From contig CAIWXP010000114.1 of the NCBI GenBank assembly GCA_903916665.1, positions 1-18,579 of the forward strand: a stretch of DNA of 18,579 bases, given 5' to 3'. Positions 8,172-14,830 of this stretch are shown piece after piece (position 1 is the first letter of the stretch; each line of letters begins with the position of its first letter). The notes beneath the pieces were generated by a model that worked only from the letters and a program-made list of their open reading frames with translations, was not told the origin of the DNA and ran no database searches. Origin of the DNA: Candidatus Iainarchaeum sp. Its GTDB lineage: Archaea > Iainarchaeota > Iainarchaeia > Iainarchaeales > 0-14-0-20-30-16. Position numbers and translations under genes: made by a program.

Positions 8172-8729
8172 ATGAAAGGATTTTTTAGTGTGGCATTGAT
8201 AATATTTGTTCTTTTCATAACTATGTTTTATGTAACTATAAAAGAAACTTCAAAACCAATAATGTTTGACGACTCCCCTAGATTATTAGCATTAAAATCA
8301 GAAGAAGCATTTTTAACATTGGATCAAAATTTAACCTATAATTATATTGATTATAAATATTCTATTCCTTTTGATTGTAATACAAAAGGTACCAATAATT
8401 CTGATTTCTCACAATATTTGGTAACAAATTATTCTGGAACAAACATAAAAAAAGCCAATGATTATTGTACTGTAAAAGTAAGAAGTGGAAATTTTAGTAC
8501 AATAACATCAAATACTTTTGATGTGAACATATCTGCAAATATCAATTGTACATATGCTAAGGATTCTGATTTAAATTATAGCATGCAAATACAAACAGAT
8601 CTAAACTTTCATAAAAGATATCAATCCTATACTGATGGTGGGTTTTGTCATTTTATATTAACTGACTTAGATTCACAAACAGTCTATGTAGATAAAAATA
8701 ATCTAGTAGTAATAAATCTTTACCATTAA
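8172..8729 (+). CDS. Pilin-like protein E (very short class III-like leader)
   Basis: 185 aa; 'MKG|FFSVALIIFVLFITMFYV'. SD 'GGGTGA' lies upstream. I count seven N-x-S/T sequons by eye and four Cys. Confidence 0.55.
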   Translation: MKGFFSVALIIFVLFITMFYVTIKETSKPIMFDDSPRLLALKSEEAFLTLDQNLTYNYIDYKYSIPFDCNTKGTNNSDFSQYLVTNYSGTNIKKANDYCTVKVRSGNFSTITSNTFDVNISANINCTYAKDSDLNYSMQIQTDLNFHKRYQSYTDGGFCHFILTDLDSQTVYVDKNNLVVINLYH

Positions 8730-8736
8730 ATATTAT

Positions 8737-9657
8737 TTACATTGCTTCTAATACTTTGATTCTATCTTCTAAAGGCGGATGAGTACTAAATAAATTACTT
8801 AATGATTTTCCACTTATAGGTGATGCTAAAAACATATTTGCAACTGTTTTATTTGCAATTGTTTTATCATGTGTTTCATAGTATTTACCAATTTTTTTCA
8901 ATGCGCTAATTAACCCTGTATTATCTCTTGTTAATTGAACTGCACCTGCATCTGCCATATATTCTCTTTTTCTAGAAATAGCTAATTGAACTAAATTTGC
9001 AACAATTGGTGCCAATATTGCTAATACAATACCAATTATTAAAAAAACAATATTTTTATTTTCTCGATCTCCACTTGAAAACCAAAGCGATCTTAAAAAT
9101 ATTTCTGATATTATTGCTACTAGGCCAACTAGGATAACTGCCAAAGTAACAAATCTAATGTCAAAGTTTCTTATGTGCGTTAACTCGTGAGCTAGCACCC
9201 CTTCTAGTTCTTTATCTGTTAATAATGTCAAACAGCCCTCAGTAACACAAACCACTCCATTTTGAGGGTTTCTTCCTGTTGCAAAGGCATTGATCTCTTG
9301 AGAGGGCATGATATATACTTTTGGCATGGGCATTCCAGCAGCCAAAGTTAAACCGTTTACCAAAGAATTTAAGTGATTGTATTTTTTATCCGTTGTTTCA
9401 ATTGCTCCTACACTGGCCAATGCAATTTTATCTGAAAAATAATACCCTATCCAAACATATATTAGTGAGAATATTATTCCAACTATTAAAAATAAAAATG
9501 TTAATTCTGGATTATAAACTAAGGAAATAACATACATTAGTCCAACAATAATTAAAACTATGCCTATCAAAAGAATCCATGATTTTATTTTATTGTTTCT
9601 TATTTGATCATAGAAACTAATTTTTTTATAGGTTTCTGCATATTCCTTATAGTTCAT
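8737..9657 (-). CDS. htpX: HtpX-like M48 zinc metalloprotease (membrane)
   Basis: 306 aa with two N-terminal TM helices, HExxH 'AHELTHIRN' (His codons at 9187-9189 and 9175-9177), further TM helices and the C-terminal 'STHPPLEDRI' typical of HtpX. Confidence 0.9.
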   Translation of the reverse strand: MNYKEYAETYKKISFYDQIRNNKIKSWILLIGIVLIIVGLMYVISLVYNPELTFLFLIVGIIFSLIYVWIGYYFSDKIALASVGAIETTDKKYNHLNSLVNGLTLAAGMPMPKVYIMPSQEINAFATGRNPQNGVVCVTEGCLTLLTDKELEGVLAHELTHIRNFDIRFVTLAVILVGLVAIISEIFLRSLWFSSGDRENKNIVFLIIGIVLAILAPIVANLVQLAISRKREYMADAGAVQLTRDNTGLISALKKIGKYYETHDKTIANKTVANMFLASPISGKSLSNLFSTHPPLEDRIKVLEAM

Positions 9658-9669
9658 TCAAATCACTTT

Positions 9670-9709
9670 AAAAATAAAAAAGATAGGAAGTGGAATTAGA
9701 ATTCCACTT
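9670..9709 (-). terminator. Hairpin + oligo-T element between lemA and htpX (terminator or attenuator)
   Basis: A perfect 9-bp stem (9688-9696 pairs with 9701-9709, loop TAGA) overlaps the lemA stop codon. On the minus strand it is followed by CCTATC-T6-A-T5, only 13 nt before the htpX ATG. Confidence 0.4.
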
Positions 9710-10250
9710 TTACATTTTGTCTTTCTGTTTGTGTTATTTGTAAATAATCTTTTTGTGCTTTTCCAAATAATTTTGCAAACAACATACCAGGGAATAAAGT
9801 AACTGTGTTGTTATATACTAAAATTGAATCATTAAAAAATTGTCTAGTATACGCAATTTTACTTTCTATATCACTTAATTCTTGTTGCAATTGAGCAAAG
9901 TTTTCATTAGCTTTTAATACAGGATAATTTTCGGCAATTGCGAAAATGCTTTTTAATGCACTTGATATTGCATCGCTTGCTTTAAATTTTGCATCTAAAC
10001 TTTTTGCACCAACCATTGCAGCTCTTGCATTTGCTAAGTTTTCAAAAATTCCTTTTTCATGTTTTGCATAACCTTTAACAGTTGCAACCAAGTTAGGAAT
10101 TAAATCACTTCTTTTTTTCAATTGAACATCAATTTGACTAAATGCGTTATCTATTCTATTACTCAATACAACAATTTTATTGTAATAATATATTAATAAA
10201 ACTACTATTACTGCAATAATTGCTATAATAAGCCAAATCCACCAGAACAT
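9696..10250 (-). CDS. lemA: LemA family membrane protein
   Basis: 184 aa with a single N-terminal TM, then 'NAFSQIDVQLKKRSDLIPNLVATVKGYAKHE...NARA', typical of LemA. A strong SD 'GGAGGT' lies 6 nt upstream of the ATG. Confidence 0.88.
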   Translation of the reverse strand: MFWWIWLIIAIIAVIVVLLIYYYNKIVVLSNRIDNAFSQIDVQLKKRSDLIPNLVATVKGYAKHEKGIFENLANARAAMVGAKSLDAKFKASDAISSALKSIFAIAENYPVLKANENFAQLQQELSDIESKIAYTRQFFNDSILVYNNTVTLFPGMLFAKLFGKAQKDYLQITQTERQNVKVEF

Positions 10251-10315
10251 TCTGATACCTCCACACGAAAATTAGATAATAATAATATAAATTAGATATT
10301 TAAAAGTTTTTCTAT

Positions 10316-10348
10316 AAAAATAAAAAAAGAAGGAGTATTTTACTCCTT
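10316..10348 (-). terminator. Hairpin + oligo-T terminator after the large surface-protein gene
   Basis: A perfect 8-bp stem (10330-10337 pairs with 10341-10348, 3-nt loop) overlaps the stop codon. On the minus strand it is followed by C-T7-A-T5. Confidence 0.6.
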
Positions 10349-13300
10349 AATACAAGCACCTGCTTTGTCCATTACATTAAATTCAGGAATATTATAACTA
10401 ACATTATCGCAGACATATCCTTGCGGGCATTCTTTTGTAATTGTTAAAACATTTTTATCACTACTACAATAGGCTTCTTTAATAGTGGTGTTTGAAACAC
10501 AACTATCATTTTGACCGTCCACAATTTGACCATAGCTATTTTTTTGATAGGCTACACTAGGCGTAAATATATCAATTGATCCGTCAATATCAATACAAGA
10601 TTCTATTTTTGGATTATCAATTTTTTGTTTACATGCTGCGCCCTCTTGCATTTTTCCAGAATCTGTTGTAAATAATAAATGATCTAAGCAAACAAAATTA
10701 TTTGGGCAACTCAAGCTGTGTTGTGCAGGACCTTGACTTGAACAAAATGCTTCATTTATTGAATTATCGGTAGCGCAGGAATCAGAAAATGATGCTGTGT
10801 CTCCAATAGAATTAGTTCCAATTGTTATACCAGGTGTAAGGGTAGGATCAACAGAATTAGTATCAGAATCAATACAAGTTATTTTGTTGGGGTCAGGTAC
10901 TTTACAACTAGCAGTATTGTATTCAACACCATTATAATCAATGGTATCATAGCCACATAATTTTCCAGTAGTTTCACAGTTTATTTCTGATTCTTTAATA
11001 TTATTGCTATTATTAATTTCGCAGGTTCTTTGTATAGCAATATTCCCGCTACAATAATTTACATAATTATTTATGTTTCCAAATATATCTGTAATACTGA
11101 CACCCCAATCCAATGCATTACAAATTATTTTATCATTTACTTGTGGTTTACAAGCACCATTATCACAGCCAAATCCGCTTGGGCAATCAAAAGTTTTATT
11201 TGTTAATTCCAAACCATCACAATATGCTTTAGCTATTGCTTTATCAGAACTACAATAATCATAGGAATAACTTTCTTCTCCAAAAGAATCTGTATATGTA
11301 CCTTGACTTTGTTTTAATAAATTATTTTCGTCAGGAGCATTACATTTTTTTAGAGCTGGATTACCTATTGCACAACTACCACTAGTATATTGTCCAAAAG
11401 GAGTATTTAGACTACTTTCTTTACATTCTTTTCCATACAATGTACAATTAATTTCTTTAGATTTTGCTTCATTATTGTCACAGTAATATTCATTTAAAGT
11501 GGTGTGTGTTGGGCAAGTGTCCACATTAGTCATTTCTTCTCCAAATATGTTTTTAGAATTAATATAACCAGGATTATCCATGTCTATTTTATTATCAGAT
11601 TCTTTACAATATATTTTATCTTTGGAAATTGTGCTTTGGCATTTTCCGTTGTTACACAATGTGCCTGGTGAACAAGTATAATCTTTTTGTTTAACTTCTT
11701 TATTTTCACAATAATATTCAATTAATGTATTATCATCAACACAATTGTCATTTGCAGAAATATTTTTTCCAAATTGATTTGTTGCAGTTACATATCCAAA
11801 ATTTTCATAGTCTAAACCTTTATCAGAATCACTACATTGCATTAAATCTGGATTTGGTATTTCACACTTTCCTCCAGATAAATCGGTTCCAGGAATTGGT
11901 TCATCAACACAACCCATATTTTGATCAAAACAAGAATAATCTTTTTCGCCATCACAGGTTTGTTCATGCAGTATTGTACCGTATTGATCACACCAATCAG
12001 TTAGTTTACTAGATTCAAATGTTTTTTCAATACCTAAAATTGAATAGGTTGTTTTGTAAACTACAAATCCAGGCATATTGATATCAAAACCCTTATCTGA
12101 ATCTACACAGGTTGGTTTTATATCGCTAGAAACACATTTTCCACCCATACAAATTTTTCCATCCTGTGAACAATCATAGTTATAGTTTTCATAGTAATCA
12201 TGTCCAATAAATAAATCACTTTGAACACATTTTTGTTCGACTAATGTAAAATCATCATTTGCACCGGTTGCATCTTTTAAGCAAACATCATTTACTGTAA
12301 TTTTTGCAGAACTATCAGAAGTAGAATAAACTACAGAACTCGCATTGTCAGTTTCTTTAACACTAGGATTTTTTGAATCATTGTCAAAACAACTAGTAAA
12401 ATCATCATTGGTTGGAACACATTTATTTTCAACACATTTTCCTGATTTGAATCCTTGTAATTGCCCCACAATTCTACAATCAACATTCCATTTTTGGCCT
12501 AAAGGATTTGCAAAGAAACCATTATCTAATTTATACTGCGGTCTTATACAATAATTTTCTGTTAATGTGATTCCATTATTTTGACAAAAATCACTTTCTG
12601 TCCAAACCAAATCATTAAATTTATAGGCTACTTTTCCAGCTTCCAAATAACCATTTAAAGGAGCAGTTTCATCACTATCAAAACACCAAACATCACATTT
12701 TTCTGTACTGTCCAAAGTATAATACTTTCCACTATATACATTAGAAGTTAAACTATTATTATTTTCATTGGATTCTTTTACTTCGTTATCTGTATCCAAT
12801 GTTATTTTCACAGGATATGTTTTATCTAAATCCATATTAAATCTCATTGTATTTAATTTTAAATCATCAGAATAGGTAACACATTTTCCTGCAGCTATGG
12901 TTCCGTTTTCTAAAGCATATCTTATTTTAATATTTTGATCATTTGACGAAACAATAAAATTAAATTCTCCGTTAAAATCGTCTTTCCCATTATTACAAAT
13001 ATCAAAATAAATTGAATTTATACAATCTTGACTTTTTGCTGTTGAATAAATTTTACCTACGTTTAAATCGATATTTTTTATTTTGTTTTCCATACATATT
13101 CCAAAATTACAAGTTTTGTTTAAAGGGCAATCAAAATCTTTGTAACCAATGACTTCATTCAGTATATTATTAAATATTGATTCGTTTAATTGTTCTTTTG
13201 TTAATAATAAATATAATTGATTATAATTTCCATATTGTTTTTTAACTGCTGCAATAACTGCATCTGCCTGTTGTGTTGTCAATCCTTTATTATACATTAT

Positions 13301-13834
13301 TTGTTTTATTTTGTCTACTATTACTAAATCTAGTTTTGCTTTAAAAAGATCATAACTCATGGAATTTGTTTTACAAAAAGAATTTTTATTTTTATTTAAA
13401 TCGCAGGTGTCGGAATAGGTATAACAACCTTTTAAACCTTCAAATTCATAGTATACTGATGTGTTTCCTTTGTTATATATGTCAGGACTAATTTCAGAAT
13501 CATAGCAACCAATAATAGAATTTGGTTTTTTTGCAGCTTCTGCTTTTTTACAACCTTCTAAATCAATATAATTATCAGTAAATATGTTAAATAAATTATA
13601 ATCTGGTTTTAATCTAATTAGATTATTACTTATTCTTCCAGAATTAATTAGTGTTGTATTTATTGCATTATTTTTTAATATATTTACATCTATTTGCTTA
13701 ATTGGCACTGGTTTAATTGGCATAACAAATAGTCCTGTGTTTGTTATTCCATTGTTATCAAAAACATATATGCTTGCAAAAAATAAAACAAAAACTAGAC
13801 TAATAATTAAAACAGTATAAATTTGATATCTCAT
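10340..13834 (-). CDS. Large secreted/anchored Cys-rich surface protein (CARDB-like domain + 9 six-Cys modules)
   Basis: The 1164-aa frame is uninterrupted in AT-rich DNA. It has an N-terminal hydrophobic signal/anchor 'MRYQIYTVLIISLVFVLFFASIYVF'. SD 'GAGGGA' and TATA 'TATATAAA' lie upstream, and a hairpin plus T-run lies at the 3' end. Confidence 0.85.
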   Translation of the reverse strand: MRYQIYTVLIISLVFVLFFASIYVFDNNGITNTGLFVMPIKPVPIKQIDVNILKNNAINTTLINSGRISNNLIRLKPDYNLFNIFTDNYIDLEGCKKAEAAKKPNSIIGCYDSEISPDIYNKGNTSVYYEFEGLKGCYTYSDTCDLNKNKNSFCKTNSMSYDLFKAKLDLVIVDKIKQIMYNKGLTTQQADAVIAAVKKQYGNYNQLYLLLTKEQLNESIFNNILNEVIGYKDFDCPLNKTCNFGICMENKIKNIDLNVGKIYSTAKSQDCINSIYFDICNNGKDDFNGEFNFIVSSNDQNIKIRYALENGTIAAGKCVTYSDDLKLNTMRFNMDLDKTYPVKITLDTDNEVKESNENNNSLTSNVYSGKYYTLDSTEKCDVWCFDSDETAPLNGYLEAGKVAYKFNDLVWTESDFCQNNGITLTENYCIRPQYKLDNGFFANPLGQKWNVDCRIVGQLQGFKSGKCVENKCVPTNDDFTSCFDNDSKNPSVKETDNASSVVYSTSDSSAKITVNDVCLKDATGANDDFTLVEQKCVQSDLFIGHDYYENYNYDCSQDGKICMGGKCVSSDIKPTCVDSDKGFDINMPGFVVYKTTYSILGIEKTFESSKLTDWCDQYGTILHEQTCDGEKDYSCFDQNMGCVDEPIPGTDLSGGKCEIPNPDLMQCSDSDKGLDYENFGYVTATNQFGKNISANDNCVDDNTLIEYYCENKEVKQKDYTCSPGTLCNNGKCQSTISKDKIYCKESDNKIDMDNPGYINSKNIFGEEMTNVDTCPTHTTLNEYYCDNNEAKSKEINCTLYGKECKESSLNTPFGQYTSGSCAIGNPALKKCNAPDENNLLKQSQGTYTDSFGEESYSYDYCSSDKAIAKAYCDGLELTNKTFDCPSGFGCDNGACKPQVNDKIICNALDWGVSITDIFGNINNYVNYCSGNIAIQRTCEINNSNNIKESEINCETTGKLCGYDTIDYNGVEYNTASCKVPDPNKITCIDSDTNSVDPTLTPGITIGTNSIGDTASFSDSCATDNSINEAFCSSQGPAQHSLSCPNNFVCLDHLLFTTDSGKMQEGAACKQKIDNPKIESCIDIDGSIDIFTPSVAYQKNSYGQIVDGQNDSCVSNTTIKEAYCSSDKNVLTITKECPQGYVCDNVSYNIPEFNVMDKAGACIKE
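10343..12685 (-). repeat. Nine tandem protein-level repeats (~68-90 aa each) of a six-cysteine module
   Basis: Modules start at Cys 384, 482, 576, 667, 743, 831, 905, 987 and 1080. Shared pattern: C-x-[DE]-[SND]-D-x(1,2)-[GK]...G...D-x-C...[LI]-x-E-x-[YF]-C...C...C...G-x-C. An example is 'CSDSDKGLDYENFGYVTATNQFGKNISANDNCVDDNTLIEYYCENKEVKQKDYTCSPGTLCNNGKC'. The repeats are divergent at DNA level. Confidence 0.8.
12755..13081 (-). other. CARDB-like (cell adhesion related domain) segment of the large protein, aa ~252-360
   Basis: '...FDICNNGKDDFNGEFNFIVS...IAAGKCVTY...YPVKITLDTDNEVKESNENNN' matches the CARDB pattern as remembered (V.N.G..., aG, ...vDpdN.v.EsnE.NN). No search was run. Confidence 0.55.
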
Positions 13835-13875
13835 ATTATCCCTCTTTCATTACTTAATTATATTAGAGAAAAAGA

Positions 13876-13884
13876 TTTATATAC
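13876..13884 (-). promoter_or_regulatory. TATA box candidate for the large surface-protein gene
   Basis: The minus strand reads 'GTATATAAA', 42-50 nt upstream of the ATG at 13834. That leaves room for a short leader containing the SD 'GAGGGA'. Confidence 0.45.
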
Positions 13885-13899
13885 TGTTTGATATGAGAT

Positions 13900-13915
13900 A
13901 ATAAAAATAAAAAAA
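13900..13915 (-). terminator. Oligo-T terminator downstream of rpl40e
   Basis: The minus strand reads T7-A-T5-A-TT about 17 nt after the L40e stop. This is an archaeal-type oligo-T termination signal, positioned before the next promoter. Confidence 0.5.
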
Positions 13916-13931
13916 GGGAAGAAAGTAGATA

Positions 13932-14090
13932 TTACTTCTTCTTTATTTTGTGCTTAATTCTGAATTCTGCTCTGTCGCATTCTCTACATTTCAAAGGTTT
14001 GCCCTTTGGACTTCTTTGTTTTGCACCACAGTTCATGCAGATCCATACATCTTTAATTATTCTATCGTTTGCTTCTTTAAATACAACCAT
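13932..14090 (-). CDS. rpl40e: Ribosomal protein L40e (52 aa; not in ORF track)
   Basis: Hand translation of the minus strand: MVVFKEANDRIIKDVWICMNCGAKQRSPKGKPLKCRECDRAEFRIKHKIKKK. The CxxC...CxxC zinc ribbon and basic tail match archaeal L40e. SD 'GGTGAT' lies 4 nt upstream of the ATG. Confidence 0.8.
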   Translation of the reverse strand: MVVFKEANDRIIKDVWICMNCGAKQRSPKGKPLKCRECDRAEFRIKHKIKKK

Positions 14091-14111
14091 TAATATCACC
14101 AAGTATTTGAG

Positions 14112-14184
14112 TGCGCCTACCCGGATTCGAACCGGGGATATTCGCCTTGTAAGGGCGACATCTTAACCGCTGGATCATAGGCGC
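14112..14184 (-). tRNA. tRNA-Val (anticodon UAC)
   Basis: Minus-strand 73-nt cloverleaf. The acceptor GCGCCTA pairs with TAGGCGC. The D arm is ATCC/AGCGGTTAA/GAT (one mismatch). The anticodon stem TCGCC/GGCGA carries loop CTTACAA. The T arm is CCCGG-TTCGAAT-CCGGG and the discriminator is A. No CCA is encoded and there is no intron. Confidence 0.88.
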
Positions 14185-14206
14185 TCAAGCCACAATTAAC
14201 CAAAAG

Positions 14207-14215
14207 GAATATAGC
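14207..14215 (-). promoter_or_regulatory. TATA-like element upstream of tRNA-Val
   Basis: The minus strand reads 'GCTATATTCC', centred about 27 nt upstream of the tRNA 5' end (14184), which is the canonical archaeal spacing. Confidence 0.35.
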
Positions 14216-14299
14216 TTAGGTTAAACCGTTTTCAATAAAAACATATAATTAGGCTATATATAATGTGTACCCTAGGTTTTATAAAGTTTATTCTTATTT

Positions 14300-14830
14300 C
14301 TAAACTATGCCGTAAACTATTGCAAATAAGGCCAAAACATAGAATGCCCTTAAAATCTCGAATTTATCAAAAGCACTTACCAATTGGGCAATTATAATAA
14401 TTGGCAAATATAGTATTAATATTAGTATAATAATTGCAATTTTACTACCAAAGTTCTTTTTCCATTTCTTTTTTATGTGATCTTCAATGGTATTAAAAAT
14501 ATTTTTTGTGTCTTGTTTACTAGGTATGGAGTTATATAATACACAAATTCCTAAATAATTTAATACGAAAAACCAAAGCAAATTAGACCCAAATGCTAGT
14601 TTTGCAAAATAAAACAATATTGCTCCAATAACAAAACCTAAATAAAAAGGCGCCAAAGCTATTAATGACATTCTTATTGGACCTGTTTGATCATGCTTTA
14701 CATAGGATTCTCGCAAACCAAAACTTAGTTTACTTACCTTGACTCGTAATACCAAGCAGCTAATTAAATGTGAAAATTCATGCACTATGACTCCTGGATA
14801 AAATAAAAATCTAAACATATTTTCACTCAT
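14300..14830 (-). CDS. Small polytopic membrane protein with HExxH (minimal M50/S2P-like or 'putative zincin' membrane protease)
   Basis: 176 aa. HExxH 'VHEFSHL' (nt 14768-14782) sits in the first hydrophobic segment. A second motif 'N-S-I-P-S-K-Q-D' (aa 100-107) resembles the site-2-protease NxxPxxxxDG motif. There are 4-5 predicted TM helices. An alternative start at 14818 (M5) is preceded by 'GAGTGA'. Confidence 0.6.
   Translation of the reverse strand: MSENMFRFLFYPGVIVHEFSHLISCLVLRVKVSKLSFGLRESYVKHDQTGPIRMSLIALAPFYLGFVIGAILFYFAKLAFGSNLLWFFVLNYLGICVLYNSIPSKQDTKNIFNTIEDHIKKKWKKNFGSKIAIIILILILYLPIIIIAQLVSAFDKFEILRAFYVLALFAIVYGIV

Noticed and set aside
996-8729. Possibility that the locus is an archaellum (motility) operon
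   Set aside because: There are no ArlC/D/E, ArlF/G, ArlH (KaiC-like) or ArlX genes. The platform is split into two single-domain genes, and the filament subunits are 59-69 aa mini-pilins rather than ~200-aa archaellins.
9321-9530. 69-aa plus-strand ORF inside htpX
   Set aside because: It is antisense to htpX, whose HExxH and C-terminal motifs fix the real frame.
11073-12554. Three plus-strand track ORFs (11073-11258, 11725-12012, 12345-12554)
   Set aside because: All are antisense within the uninterrupted 1164-aa frame and show no signals of their own.
13948-14166. 72-aa plus-strand track ORF
   Set aside because: It lies opposite rpl40e and tRNA-Val. The minus-strand interpretations (zinc-ribbon L40e with SD, complete cloverleaf) explain the region fully.
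14253-14266. 'GGCTATATATAATG' as the tRNA promoter
   Set aside because: It lies about 70-80 nt upstream of the tRNA 5' end, which is too far for canonical spacing. The weaker element at 14207-14215 fits better. It could still serve an unprocessed longer precursor, so this stays undecided rather than called.
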